The translations under genes and the position numbers were made by a program. 64,000 nucleotides of DNA. It comes from Parvibaculum sp. GTDB taxonomy: Bacteria; Pseudomonadota; Alphaproteobacteria; Parvibaculales; Parvibaculaceae. The notes beneath the pieces are model-generated. The model was given only the letters and a program-made list of their open reading frames with translations, did not search any database and was not told the DNA's origin. Below are positions 9,599 through 23,600 of this stretch, in pieces. The stretch is taken from the NCBI GenBank assembly GCA_002695905.1, contig NZQM01000204.1, forward strand, positions 830 to 64,829, read 5' to 3'. The first letter of the stretch is position 1, and every line of letters starts with the position of its first letter.

Positions 9599-10102
9599 AT
9601 GCCTGGACCCTATTCAGAGCCTTTTGAAGCCCCATTGCGGAAAGTGGAAAGTGACTGGATAGACCTGAACGGCCATATGAATATGGCCTACTACAATCTC
9701 CTGTTTGACGAAGGCCTGGATGCGTTGTTCAACGTATTAGGCATCGGCTGGGAGTACACCAAGCAAGGCGAAGGCTCCTGCTTTACGGCGGAGATCCACG
9801 TCACCTATCTCGATGAACTCAGTGAAGGGGAGCCTGTACGGGTCACCTATCAGCTGTTGGATTGGGATGAAAAGCGATTGCATCTATTTGGACGCATGTA
9901 TCACGGCACCGAAGGCTACCTCGCTGCCACATCCGAGCAAATGGCCATTCATGTGGACATGAAGTCGCGACGAGCCTCACCCATGCCCGAAAGCGTGCAG
10001 GAAGTCGCAGCGGCAATCATGAAAGATCATAAGTCCCTCGACCAGCCGGAACAGGCAGGTCGTGTTATCGGCATCCGACGTAAAAAGGAACAAACAGCCT
10101 GA
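9599..10102 (+). CDS. 4HBT-fold acyl-CoA thioesterase
   Basis: ATG at 9599 preceded by TAAGGAG. The sequence VESDWIDLNGHMNMAYYNLLFDE is typical of hotdog thioesterases. The upstream 134 codons of the listed ORF overlap the dld-like gene antisense and are discounted. Confidence 0.7.
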   Translation: MPGPYSEPFEAPLRKVESDWIDLNGHMNMAYYNLLFDEGLDALFNVLGIGWEYTKQGEGSCFTAEIHVTYLDELSEGEPVRVTYQLLDWDEKRLHLFGRMYHGTEGYLAATSEQMAIHVDMKSRRASPMPESVQEVAAAIMKDHKSLDQPEQAGRVIGIRRKKEQTA

Positions 10103-10602
10103 TGCGACAGCTGATTACCATTCTCGCTCTCTGTCTCCTGGGATCTCCGACCGCCGCCCTTGCCTTCGCAGAATGTTCTGCCGTCCCGGCACCCGGCGTC
10201 GACTGGTCTCGATGTTTCCTGGAAGAATCCAATTTCACCGACAGCGATCTAACAGAGGCAAAGCTGGTGGACACAAGACTGCAGCGGGCCAATCTCTCCC
10301 GCACCATCTTCAATGGCGCGGATGCAAGGGACGCAAAATTCGTTGATGCAGAACTGAGTGACGCCAGTTTTATTGGCGCAAATCTACGCAAGGCGGACAT
10401 GACAAAGGCCAATCTCGAAGGCGCCGACCTGTCAGAAAGCAATCTTCGACGCACCCGCCTGTTCCGAGCCAACCTGAGAGGTGCCAACTTTACAGGCGCG
10501 CTACTGGATCAGACCGACCTGCTAAATGCTGATCTATCTGGAGCGACCTGGACAGACGGTGCCAGGGTTTGCGCCGAAGGGTCAATCGGCCGCTGCAAAT
10601 GA
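10102..10602 (+). CDS. Secreted pentapeptide-repeat protein
   Basis: Signal peptide MRQLITILALCLLGSPTAALA, then a continuous A(D/N)LxG-type pentapeptide register (ANLSR, ADLSE, ANLRG, ANFTG, ADLSG). Cys pairs at both ends. Its start overlaps the thioesterase stop (TGATG). Confidence 0.8.
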   Translation: MRQLITILALCLLGSPTAALAFAECSAVPAPGVDWSRCFLEESNFTDSDLTEAKLVDTRLQRANLSRTIFNGADARDAKFVDAELSDASFIGANLRKADMTKANLEGADLSESNLRRTRLFRANLRGANFTGALLDQTDLLNADLSGATWTDGARVCAEGSIGRCK

Positions 10603-12272
10603 AGCTTTTCCTCTCAAAGCTCGTAAAAATCCTCGCGAAAATATTCGAGGCAGTCATAGACCGCCCGATTGAAGAAAACTGGCGCGAGTTCTGGGAATCA
10701 CGAGCCTTGACCGGGTGGGTGCTGGCGGCAGCGCTTGGCATCGCCGCAGCCTATGCCACCATCCTTTTTCGCATGGCCATCGCCGGTGTGCAGTGGATCT
10801 GGATCGGCACGTTCGATGAGGGAACTGCGAGTGCCGCCGCCAGCGTTCCCTGGTGGCTCTTGATGGCAGGGCCCATCGGGGCGGGTCTCATTGTTGGCCT
10901 CGGCATCAAATATCTCATGCCTCTGAACCGCACAGAAAGCGTTTCCGATGTCATTGAGGCCGCAGCCTTAAAAGCCGGTCGCATGCCCCTCAAGACCGGC
11001 ATCTACTCTTCTATCCTCACCGCCATTTCGCTGGGTGGCGGAGCTAGCGCCGGACGGGAGGGCCCCGCTGTTCATCTGGGCGCCACTATTTCCGCCTATG
11101 TGGCTGAGCGCTTTAAATTCAATCCCGAATGGGGCCGCATTTTGCTGGCATGTGGTGTTGCAGGCGCTGTAACCGCGTCGTTTAACGCACCAATTGCCGG
11201 GGTCCTTTTCGCCCACGAGATCATTCTTGGACACTACGCGCTCCGGGCTTTTGTGCCCGTATCAATCGCATCGGTTGCTGCGACATCTGTCGCCCGGTTT
11301 CACCTGGGCAACTTCCCCGCATTCACCCTGCCAAACTATTCCATTGCCTCCTATTTTGAGTTCCCGGCTTTTGCCCTCCTGGGCATCATTGCGGCGCTTG
11401 TAGCCATAAGCTTCATGGCTTCCGTTATTTATGCCGATAAGGTCGCACGGGCCGTTGAAATGCCTGTCTGGCTCCGGCCTGTTCTAGGCGGTGTCATTGT
11501 CGGCTTCATCGCCTTGATGGTGCCAGAGGTCCTGGGCGTCGGCTACGAAGCGACCGACAATGCCCTGAAGCAGAGCCACACGCTTCCCTTCCTGATCGCA
11601 CTACTGATCGCGAAGACTGTAGCAACCGCCGTGACCCTGGCGAGCCGTTTCGGCGGCGGAGTTTTTTCTCCCTCTCTCTATCTGGGCGCTATGGCAGGTG
11701 GGGCCTTCGGCATTGTGGCCGCCCACATCTTTCCGGGCATGGCATCGGCTCACGGTCTCTATGCTATTGTCGGTATGGGCGCCGTCGCGGCGGCCGTGCT
11801 GGGTGCACCTCTGTCCACGACACTCATCGTTTTCGAACTGACCGGCGACTATGAAGTCACCATCGCCCTCCTGCTTGCCAATGCCATCGCCACAGCGCTA
11901 ACCCAGGCGACCATCGGCAAGAGTTTCTTCCATTGGCAGCTGGAGCAACGAGAGGTTCATCTTCAGGAAGGCCCCCACAGGCGCGTGATGATGAACATTC
12001 ATGTGCGCGATGTGATGACCCGGTTTGACCAGGCCCATCCCTATTCAGAAGACGCGCCGAGATTGCTTACCGCTGCCGCTGAGTCTATTCGCATTTACCC
12101 CTATGACCGCCTGAACCAGGCCCTTGATCTGATGGACGCACACGACCTTGAGCATTTGCCTGTTTGCGAGCCAGGTAAAAGTGACTTGGCGGTAGGACGT
12201 ATTACCCGTGTGGCGGCTCTAAAAGCACTCGCAGACGGTCTAATCGCAGCATCCCGCGAAGAACATCACTAA
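10599..12272 (+). CDS. ClC-family chloride channel/antiporter with C-terminal cytoplasmic (CBS-like) region
   Basis: Motifs GREGPAVHLGA and GGVFSPSL with multiple TM helices. I chose the ATG at 10599 (ATGA overlap with the upstream stop); the listed ORF begins at 10569. Confidence 0.85.
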   Translation: MKLFLSKLVKILAKIFEAVIDRPIEENWREFWESRALTGWVLAAALGIAAAYATILFRMAIAGVQWIWIGTFDEGTASAAASVPWWLLMAGPIGAGLIVGLGIKYLMPLNRTESVSDVIEAAALKAGRMPLKTGIYSSILTAISLGGGASAGREGPAVHLGATISAYVAERFKFNPEWGRILLACGVAGAVTASFNAPIAGVLFAHEIILGHYALRAFVPVSIASVAATSVARFHLGNFPAFTLPNYSIASYFEFPAFALLGIIAALVAISFMASVIYADKVARAVEMPVWLRPVLGGVIVGFIALMVPEVLGVGYEATDNALKQSHTLPFLIALLIAKTVATAVTLASRFGGGVFSPSLYLGAMAGGAFGIVAAHIFPGMASAHGLYAIVGMGAVAAAVLGAPLSTTLIVFELTGDYEVTIALLLANAIATALTQATIGKSFFHWQLEQREVHLQEGPHRRVMMNIHVRDVMTRFDQAHPYSEDAPRLLTAAAESIRIYPYDRLNQALDLMDAHDLEHLPVCEPGKSDLAVGRITRVAALKALADGLIAASREEHH

Positions 12273-12348
12273 AACTAATATTTCATATTGAGATGAAAGC
12301 CCTGCACACCTAGTGCCGGTGCCTCTAAGTGCTTATCTTGAGTCCATC

Positions 12349-14685
12349 ATGTCAGATTCGGACCCATTTGATCTGGGAGACATCCCGGAAGAGGAGACGG
12401 CCCGCTCATTGAGCGCCCAGGCCATGGGTGGCATGCGTCCACCCTACCTGCGCGGGCTAAACGACGCGCAGCAGCAAGCAATTGAAGCACTCGACGGCCC
12501 GGTACTGGTACTTGCCGGTGCAGGAACGGGCAAAACCCGCGTCCTCACGACGCGCCTTGCGCACGCTCTGTCAACCCGCAAAGCATGGCCCGGACAGATA
12601 TTGGCGGTAACGTTCACCAACAAAGCGGCGAAGGAAATGCAGCACCGCATCGGCTCGCTGATCGGTGGCGTTGTGGAAGGCATGCCCTGGCTCGGCACAT
12701 TCCACTCGATCGGCGCAAAAATCCTGCGACGTCACGCAGAGCTTGTAGGCCTGCGCTCAGACTTCACCATCCTCGACATGGATGATCAGCACCGTCTTCT
12801 AAAACAGCTCATCAAGGCGGAAGGTATAGACGAGAAGCGCTGGCCCGCCCGCCAGCTGGCATCCCACATTGACGGTTGGAAGAACAGAGGGCTCACCCCA
12901 GATAAAGTCCCCGCAGGCGATGCCGAGCTTTTCGGCAATGGCAAAGGAGTAAGCCTCTACGCTGCCTACCAGGAACGCCTCAAAATTCTGAACGCAGCTG
13001 ACTTCGGTGATCTGCTGCTCGAATGCCTCCGCCTCTTTCAAGAAAACCCGGAGGTTCTGAGCGAATATCAGGACCGCTTTAAATACATGCTGGTGGACGA
13101 GTATCAGGACACCAACGTCGCGCAATATCTCTGGCTCCGGCTCCTCGCGCAGAAACACAAAAACATCTGCTGCGTTGGCGATGATGATCAGTCAATCTAT
13201 GGCTGGCGCGGCGCAGAGGTCGACAACATCCTGCGCTTTGAACAGGACTTCCCCGGCGCCAAAGTCGTCCGTCTGGAACAGAATTACCGATCCACGCCCC
13301 ATATTCTGGGTGCCGCGTCCGGGCTCATTACCGCGAATGAGAGCAGACTTGGTAAAACCCTTTGGACAGAAATGAACGAAGGCGAAAAGGTCACGCTGCG
13401 AGGTCTCTGGGACGGCGAAGAAGAAGCCCGCGTCATCGGCGAAGACATTGAACAATTGCAGCGCGAGGGACACTTGCTCCGCGAGACGGCCATCCTGGTG
13501 CGTGCGTCCTTCCAGATGCGCGAGTTTGAGGACCGCTTTATCAATCTAGGTCTCCCCTATCGGGTCGTCGGCGGACCCCGCTTCTACGAACGTATGGAAG
13601 TGCGCGACGCCAATGCCTATCTGCGGCTCGTCGCCCAGCCGGACGATGACCTGGCATTTGAGCGCATCATGAACAAACCCAAGCGGGGGCTGGGTGACAA
13701 AGCGCTCCAGACGCTTCATCAGCTAGCCCGCCAGCAAGGCATTTCACTGAGCCGCGCGGCACGCCTCATCACGGAAACAGAAGAGCTGAGGCAACCAGCC
13801 CGACGCAATCTCAAAGACTTCATCGACATGGTGGACCGCTGGCGCGCTCTTGTGCCCGGCATGGGTCACATTGAGCTGGCTGAAACAATCCTTGATGAAA
13901 GCGGCTACACTGAGATGTGGCAGAATGATCGCTCAGCGGATGCACCAGGTCGCCTGGACAATCTGAAGGAACTCGTCCGCTCCATGGAGCATTTTGAGAA
14001 CCTCGCAGGCTATCTGGAACACATCTCCTTGGTGATGGAGATTGAGCAAGCCGATACGGCAGACAAGGTCAACCTGATGACCCTCCATTCCGCCAAGGGA
14101 CTGGAGTTCGACACAGTGTTCCTGCCCGGTTGGGAGGAAGGTCTTTTCCCCCACCAGAGGTCGCTCGACGAAAGCGGCCTTGCGGGTCTCGAAGAAGAAC
14201 GCCGCCTCGCTTATGTCGGCATTACACGGGCCAAGAAAAGTGCCTGCATCTCCTTTGCCTCAAACCGACGTATACACAATCTCTGGCAATCATCCCTCCC
14301 CTCCCGTTTTGTCGATGAACTTCCCAAAGACCATGTCGACGTTGTGGAGGGCGACACAAACTTTGGCGGCTATGGATCGTTCTCTCAAAGCCGCTTTGAC
14401 CATGAATTTTCCCAAAGCAATTATGGCGGCCCCGGCTGGCAGCGCGCGCAAGCCAATGCCCGCTCGGGCGCGATGAAAACCCGCGCGCCGGATCTGGAGG
14501 GCCACGCAGAACTCGTCGCCACATCCGACCCGGCTGCCTCCAGCTATGATGTCGGGGAGCGGGTCTTCCACCAGAAATTTGGCTACGGACGCGTGGCTGA
14601 CATTGATGGCAATAAGCTCACTGTGGATTTTGAACATTCAGGCCGCAAAAAAGTCATCGACACATTTGTAGAGCGCCATGCCTGA
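12349..14685 (+). CDS. uvrD: UvrD/PcrA-type DNA helicase II
   Basis: Walker A AGAGTGKT, DEYQDT, and helicase motifs VI (TLHSAKGLEFD, YVGITRA). First ATG is at 12349; the ORF opens at GTG 12313. Confidence 0.9.
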   Translation: MSDSDPFDLGDIPEEETARSLSAQAMGGMRPPYLRGLNDAQQQAIEALDGPVLVLAGAGTGKTRVLTTRLAHALSTRKAWPGQILAVTFTNKAAKEMQHRIGSLIGGVVEGMPWLGTFHSIGAKILRRHAELVGLRSDFTILDMDDQHRLLKQLIKAEGIDEKRWPARQLASHIDGWKNRGLTPDKVPAGDAELFGNGKGVSLYAAYQERLKILNAADFGDLLLECLRLFQENPEVLSEYQDRFKYMLVDEYQDTNVAQYLWLRLLAQKHKNICCVGDDDQSIYGWRGAEVDNILRFEQDFPGAKVVRLEQNYRSTPHILGAASGLITANESRLGKTLWTEMNEGEKVTLRGLWDGEEEARVIGEDIEQLQREGHLLRETAILVRASFQMREFEDRFINLGLPYRVVGGPRFYERMEVRDANAYLRLVAQPDDDLAFERIMNKPKRGLGDKALQTLHQLARQQGISLSRAARLITETEELRQPARRNLKDFIDMVDRWRALVPGMGHIELAETILDESGYTEMWQNDRSADAPGRLDNLKELVRSMEHFENLAGYLEHISLVMEIEQADTADKVNLMTLHSAKGLEFDTVFLPGWEEGLFPHQRSLDESGLAGLEEERRLAYVGITRAKKSACISFASNRRIHNLWQSSLPSRFVDELPKDHVDVVEGDTNFGGYGSFSQSRFDHEFSQSNYGGPGWQRAQANARSGAMKTRAPDLEGHAELVATSDPAASSYDVGERVFHQKFGYGRVADIDGNKLTVDFEHSGRKKVIDTFVERHA

Positions 14686-14709
14686 CACCCACGCTGTCAG
14701 GAGCGCAAG

Positions 14710-15609
14710 ATGAGCGCAGGTCATACAGCAAACCAAGTTTGGAAAGTCTCATTCGTCACACCCGTCGCAGACGCTGACGCGTTCGCGACCCTCCTGTCCG
14801 ACGCGTTCCACCCAGACGCTCAGGCTGTTGCGACGGCGGAAGTAGAAGAGCATGTGTCCTGGTCGGTTGAGGCCTATTACCAAGAAGAACCCGACACCGC
14901 TCAGATCGAAAAAATCATTCGCCCACTCGCAGATGAACTAAAACTGGCTGTGCCCCCCGTCACGGTGGACGCCCTGCCTGACATTAACTGGGTCGCCAAA
15001 TCGCTGGAGGGACTGGCCCCGATTGAGACCGACCGCTTCTTCGTTCACGGCGCCCACGATGCCGCCAAATGTCCCTCCGCCCGCATTCCCCTTCTGGTTG
15101 ATGCAGGCGAAGCCTTTGGCACCGGCCATCACGGCACCACACTTGCCTGTCTCAAATTCATCGAGAAAGAATGTCAGCGGCGGACGCCTGGGCGGGTTCT
15201 GGATCTCGGATGTGGAACAGGACTTCTCGCCATCGCGGCTGCTAAACTCACAGGCCGACAAGTTATCGCCAGCGACATTGATCCCATCGCCACACGGGTG
15301 ACACGCGAGAATGCCCGCGCGAACAAAGTGCATCCACTCATCAAAACGATCACCACCAAAGGGACCGATCATCCGGACCTTAAAGCGCACGGTCCCTACG
15401 ATCTCCTCATCGCCAACATATTGGCCCGCCCTCTCGCACAGATTGCCCCAGACATTGAACACCAACTCACCCGAGGCGGAACCCTGATCCTGTCAGGCAT
15501 TCTCCACGAACAGGAGCAGATGGTACTATCGGCCTATCGCGACCAAGGCCTCTACCTCCTCGACCGGCTACGCATCAACGAATGGGTCACGCTGCGCCTG
15601 AGAGGATGA
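14710..15609 (+). CDS. prmA: Ribosomal protein L11 methyltransferase
   Basis: FGTGHHGTTLACL and the SAM-binding LDLGCGTGLLAIAA are typical of PrmA. Confidence 0.85.
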   Translation: MSAGHTANQVWKVSFVTPVADADAFATLLSDAFHPDAQAVATAEVEEHVSWSVEAYYQEEPDTAQIEKIIRPLADELKLAVPPVTVDALPDINWVAKSLEGLAPIETDRFFVHGAHDAAKCPSARIPLLVDAGEAFGTGHHGTTLACLKFIEKECQRRTPGRVLDLGCGTGLLAIAAAKLTGRQVIASDIDPIATRVTRENARANKVHPLIKTITTKGTDHPDLKAHGPYDLLIANILARPLAQIAPDIEHQLTRGGTLILSGILHEQEQMVLSAYRDQGLYLLDRLRINEWVTLRLRG

Positions 15610-15666
15610 CCTATCTTTGATTGTTGGGGTCTACCCAGAAATCCGTGAGAGAGCTAAGATACGCCC

Positions 15667-17481
15667 ATGTTTCAGACCTATGACGATGTGGCCGACCCGA
15701 CACTGGGCGCTGGCCGAGCAGCAAAACTCCGCGCTGAGTTGAAAGCCCGCGGTCTTGATGGCTTTATCATTCCCCGCGCCGATGAACATCAGGGGGAATA
15801 TGTGCCCCCGCACGCTGAACGCCTGCGCTGGCTGACTGGCTTTTCCGGTTCTGCCGGGCTTGCCATTGTCCTACAGGACAAAGCGGCGATCTTCATTGAT
15901 GGACGCTACACCCTTCAGGTGCGCTATCAGGTCGACATCGACGTGTTCGAACCTCAATCTCTGATGGGCATGCCGCCCGCGCAATGGGTGGAGGAAAACC
16001 TCCTCGCAGGGGCAAAGCTCGCCTACGATCCCTGGCTGCACACGGTCGAGAGCGTCAAACGGCTCAAGCTGGCTACCGAGAAGGTCGGCGGCGAACTGGT
16101 CGCCGTCGAGGGCAATATCGTTGACGCGATCTGGGACGATCAGCCGGAAAAACCTAAAGCCCCGGTCGAGCCGCACGATCTGGTCTATGCCGGAGCGCCT
16201 GCTGCTGAGAAGCTTGCTGCCATCACCAGTGAGCTTCAATCATCGGATGCGGACGCGACCATTGTGACCATGCCTGACAGCATCGCCTGGCTGTTCAACA
16301 TACGCGGCGGCGACGTGGCACACTCCCCTCTGCCACTCTCTTTTGCGATTGTGTATGAGGAAGGTCACGCAGAGCTTTTCGTGCATGAGGAAAAAATCTC
16401 CGCAGAGACCCGCGCCCATCTGGGCAATGTCGTCACCCTCCTGCCGCCGGAAGATTTAGGCCCAACCCTCGACAAGCTGGGAACCTGGGGCCGCGAAGTT
16501 CGGATTGATCCGGCAACCTGCAGCGACTGGATTGCAACACGCCTCTCAAAGGCCGGCGCCACACTCAAGCAAGGGGCGGACCTTTGCGAACTTCCCAAAG
16601 CCCGGAAGAACGAAACGGAAGTTGCTGGAACCCGCACCGCACACATTCGCGACGGCCAGGCGCTGAGCCGCTTCCTGGCCTGGTTGGACAGGGAGACACC
16701 AGGTGGCAAGGTCACAGAAATTTCTGCCGCCAAACAGCTCGAAGAATTTCGCCAGGAAACAGGCGCCCTAAAAGAAGTGAGCTTCGACACGATTTCAGGT
16801 GCAGGGCCCAACGGCGCCATTGTGCACTATCGCGTCACCACCGACACAGACCGCGCTCTTGGCCAAGGAGAGCTCTATCTCGTCGACTCTGGCGCTCAGT
16901 ATCTTGATGGCACGACGGATGTCACCCGCACCATTGCCATCGGAACGCCGACACAAGAGATGAAGGACCGTTTCACGCGGGTCCTGAAAGGCCATATCGG
17001 CCTTGCTGCTGCCCGCTTCCCCAAAGGAACATCTGGCGCCCAACTGGACGCCCTTGCCCGAATGGCGCTTTGGCAGGCAGGCCTCGATTTTGACCATGGA
17101 ACCGGCCACGGCGTCGGCTCCTACCTTTCCGTACATGAAGGCCCGCAACGCATTTCCAAGGCAGGCCATGTGCCGCTTGACCCAGGCATGATCGTCTCAA
17201 ACGAGCCCGGCTATTACAAAACCGACGCCTTCGGCATTCGCATTGAGAACCTGCTTGTTGTCACCCCGCCCGCGCCAATTGACGGCGGCGAACGGGACAT
17301 GATGGGATTTGAAACCGTGACCCTTGCGCCTATCGATCTATCGCTCGTTGAAGCGAGTCTTCTGACAGAAGATGAAAAAGCGTGGCTCAATGCCTACCAT
17401 GCGGACGTGCGCGCGAAAGTAGGTCCAGCGCTGGGTGGCGAGGAAAACACCTGGCTTGAAGAAGCGACGCATGCCATCTGA
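15667..17481 (+). CDS. Aminopeptidase P-family (M24B) Xaa-Pro aminopeptidase
   Basis: 604 aa. Metal-ligand motifs DSGAQYLDGTTDVTRT, HGTGHGVGSYLSVHE and SNEPGYY. Confidence 0.85.
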   Translation: MFQTYDDVADPTLGAGRAAKLRAELKARGLDGFIIPRADEHQGEYVPPHAERLRWLTGFSGSAGLAIVLQDKAAIFIDGRYTLQVRYQVDIDVFEPQSLMGMPPAQWVEENLLAGAKLAYDPWLHTVESVKRLKLATEKVGGELVAVEGNIVDAIWDDQPEKPKAPVEPHDLVYAGAPAAEKLAAITSELQSSDADATIVTMPDSIAWLFNIRGGDVAHSPLPLSFAIVYEEGHAELFVHEEKISAETRAHLGNVVTLLPPEDLGPTLDKLGTWGREVRIDPATCSDWIATRLSKAGATLKQGADLCELPKARKNETEVAGTRTAHIRDGQALSRFLAWLDRETPGGKVTEISAAKQLEEFRQETGALKEVSFDTISGAGPNGAIVHYRVTTDTDRALGQGELYLVDSGAQYLDGTTDVTRTIAIGTPTQEMKDRFTRVLKGHIGLAAARFPKGTSGAQLDALARMALWQAGLDFDHGTGHGVGSYLSVHEGPQRISKAGHVPLDPGMIVSNEPGYYKTDAFGIRIENLLVVTPPAPIDGGERDMMGFETVTLAPIDLSLVEASLLTEDEKAWLNAYHADVRAKVGPALGGEENTWLEEATHAI

Positions 17482-17490
17482 GGCGGAGCT

Positions 17491-21287
<3,797 letters not shown>

Positions 21288-21295
21288 AAGCGCTC

Positions 21296-22177
21296 CTAGA
21301 AAACAGAATTCCAGGCTTTGCTCATCCAGGAGTCCTGGTTTTCTCTGGGTTCTAGGTCATTCCCAGACAGAAGCGCATAACTGTCTTCGTACCATTCGCT
21401 TCCTGGAAAGTTGTGCCCAAGAATGGCCGCAGCCGTCTGAGCTTCGGTAACCACACCCAAAGACATGTATGTTTCTGTCAACCTGTGAAGCGCTTCAGGA
21501 ACGTGAGTGGTTGTCTGATAGGAGACAATAACAGAGCGAAACCGGTTGATTGCAGCCACGTAGGACCGCTGGTTGAGATAGTAACGCCCGATCTCCATCT
21601 CCTTGCCTGCAAGGTGATCAAAGGTGAGGTCGATCTTCAGTCGCGCATCTCTGGCATACTCAGTTTCCGGAAAACGCCGAACGACTTCCGAAAGTGTCGC
21701 GAGCGCATTTTGGGTCATCCCCTGATCTCGTCCGACATCTGAAATCTGCTCATAGAAACTGATGCCCATTAGATAGTAGGCGTAGGCAGCATCTTTGTTC
21801 CCGGGATGCAGAGCAAGAAACCGCTGCGCACTTAAAATTGCCGAGTCATAGTCATTTGTCTGATAGTAAGAGTAGGAGGCCATCAGCATCGCGCGACGTG
21901 CCCATTGAGAATAAGGGTGCTGACGCTCAACTTCATCAAATTCCGCTGCTGCTTGACGGAATTTTTTGTCCTCAAGCAAATTCAGCGCTTTGTTGTAAAT
22001 CTGCTCGACCGGGCGTTCATTATAGACGATCTCCGCGTCGTCACCCCCAGAACAAGCACCAAGGACAAGCGCGACGCCCAGCACAATCACCGATGGGCCC
22101 CGCCCAAGCTTTTTCACCCATTTGGGTCCGATTCCAGCCACACTGCCTCTACTCATCAAGCCATCGCTCCTGCACAT
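21296..22177 (-). CDS. bamD: Outer-membrane protein assembly factor BamD (TPR lipoprotein)
   Basis: Lipobox LVLGAC|SG, TPR-like repeats, and the YAYYLMGISFYEQ pattern of BamD/YfiO. The start could be the internal ATG at 22156. Confidence 0.85.
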   Translation of the reverse strand: MCRSDGLMSRGSVAGIGPKWVKKLGRGPSVIVLGVALVLGACSGGDDAEIVYNERPVEQIYNKALNLLEDKKFRQAAAEFDEVERQHPYSQWARRAMLMASYSYYQTNDYDSAILSAQRFLALHPGNKDAAYAYYLMGISFYEQISDVGRDQGMTQNALATLSEVVRRFPETEYARDARLKIDLTFDHLAGKEMEIGRYYLNQRSYVAAINRFRSVIVSYQTTTHVPEALHRLTETYMSLGVVTEAQTAAAILGHNFPGSEWYEDSYALLSGNDLEPRENQDSWMSKAWNSVF

Positions 22178-22262
22178 TCAGCCTTGCCGGAAGTCCTCCG
22201 GAAAGACCGCACTATATCAACCCTTGAGCGCATACCATAGAGTGCCAAATCCCTATCAGGCG

Positions 22263-22297
22263 ATAAAAAAAGCCGACTTGAAAAGATCTCAAGCCGG
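22263..22297 (-). terminator. Intrinsic terminator downstream of lpxC
   Basis: On the minus strand: CCGGCUUGA-gaucuuu-UCAAGUCGG (9 bp, one G-U) followed by C and seven U. Confidence 0.7.
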
Positions 22298-22338
22298 TCA
22301 AATTTCTGAAATCAGCGCCAAAAAGGCCTGCTCTGGGC

Positions 22339-23400
22339 TCAATCTGCGGAGACCATCATCTTTGGAACATCCGCCATCACATCAACGCTTTCGTCGCACG
22401 TGACATATTCCCAGGAATCAGGATTCGCGAAAAGTGCGTGAAGCACCTGATTATTAAAGGCATGCCCTGCCCGGCTCGCATTGTAACACCCCAGAATAGG
22501 CGCTCCTGCCAAGGCCAGATCACCAACCGCATCAAGGGTCTTGTGACGAACAAATTCGTCTGGCGACCGCAGCCCTCCGTCGTTCAAAACTTCTTCACCG
22601 TCCAAGACAACGGCATTTTCGAGGGTAGCACCCTTTGCAAGCCCCAAAGACCGAAGCATTTCTACGTCTTTCAAAAAGCCAAAAGTACGCGACCGCGCCA
22701 GTTCCCGCCGAAAACTGTCCGGAGAGATCGTCAGAGCCAGGTCCTGCTTTCCAATGACCTGATTGTCGAAGTCAATGCTAAGCTCAATCCGCAGGCCGTC
22801 ATCGCAGGGATGCAGGGTTCCGTGACGTAAACCATCCTCCAAAGCGATAGGTTCCAAAACGCGGATATACCGACGCGGAGAGGCAAGGGTCGCCTGCCCA
22901 GCTTGATCAAGCAGTGCAATGAAGGCGTCTGAGCTGCCATCCATCACCGGAACTTCTTCAGCATCCACTTCGATCAGCAAATTATCGATCTGAAGGGCCG
23001 ACACAGCAGCCATAAGGTGCTCAATCGTCGCGACTTTCGTTCCAGCCGCATTGCCGATTGTTGTGCACATCGTCGCATCTATGACGGAGTCATAGCGCGC
23101 CGGAATGTCCGTGATTGCCCGATCACTTGTTTCAAGGTCCGTCCGACGAAACACAATGCCGGTATTCGCATCCGCAGGTTTCAACACAAGACGCACAAGC
23201 GTGCCCTTATGCAGCCCAATACCGTTCATGGTGATCGACGTGGAAATAGTGGTTTGCCGCAGCACATCAGTCCCAACACAAGTGCTGTCACTGGAATGGG
23301 CCAATCGTAACTTGTTGAAGGTAGAACCGCCGCCGGTATTCACCGGTTCCGCAAACGTGTCGTGGTCAGTATTCCGCACTGTCCGTTCCCCATATACCAC
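22339..23400 (-). CDS. lpxC: UDP-3-O-acyl-GlcNAc deacetylase
   Basis: RQTTISTSITMNGIGLHKG...VFRRTD and HKTLDAVGDLALAG. The longest ORF begins with GTG at 23400. The true start is probably further downstream (for example GTG 23265), see findings. Confidence 0.9.
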   Translation of the reverse strand: MVYGERTVRNTDHDTFAEPVNTGGGSTFNKLRLAHSSDSTCVGTDVLRQTTISTSITMNGIGLHKGTLVRLVLKPADANTGIVFRRTDLETSDRAITDIPARYDSVIDATMCTTIGNAAGTKVATIEHLMAAVSALQIDNLLIEVDAEEVPVMDGSSDAFIALLDQAGQATLASPRRYIRVLEPIALEDGLRHGTLHPCDDGLRIELSIDFDNQVIGKQDLALTISPDSFRRELARSRTFGFLKDVEMLRSLGLAKGATLENAVVLDGEEVLNDGGLRSPDEFVRHKTLDAVGDLALAGAPILGCYNASRAGHAFNNQVLHALFANPDSWEYVTCDESVDVMADVPKMMVSAD

Positions 23401-23600
23401 CCAAACAAACTAAATTTTGAGTGATGCGCCCCTAATCTGTCGGGCAGTTATCTGATGTCTGCACGCCCCTACCCCAGAGGCACGTCAAAGGCCACTCCAG
23501 AAGGACCGGCCTGAGTGTGGTTCTAACAAAAGTCGCGAACCCTTCTCAAATAACTCTTTCTTACAGTTTGTTACGTATAGGAAGAACCCTTAAGTCATTG

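Noticed and set aside
10569-10598. Possible fluoride or other riboswitch in front of the ClC gene.
   Set aside because: There is no untranslated leader. The ClC start overlaps the preceding gene, and the channel carries the canonical GREGP motif rather than features I associate with fluoride-specific CLC-F proteins.
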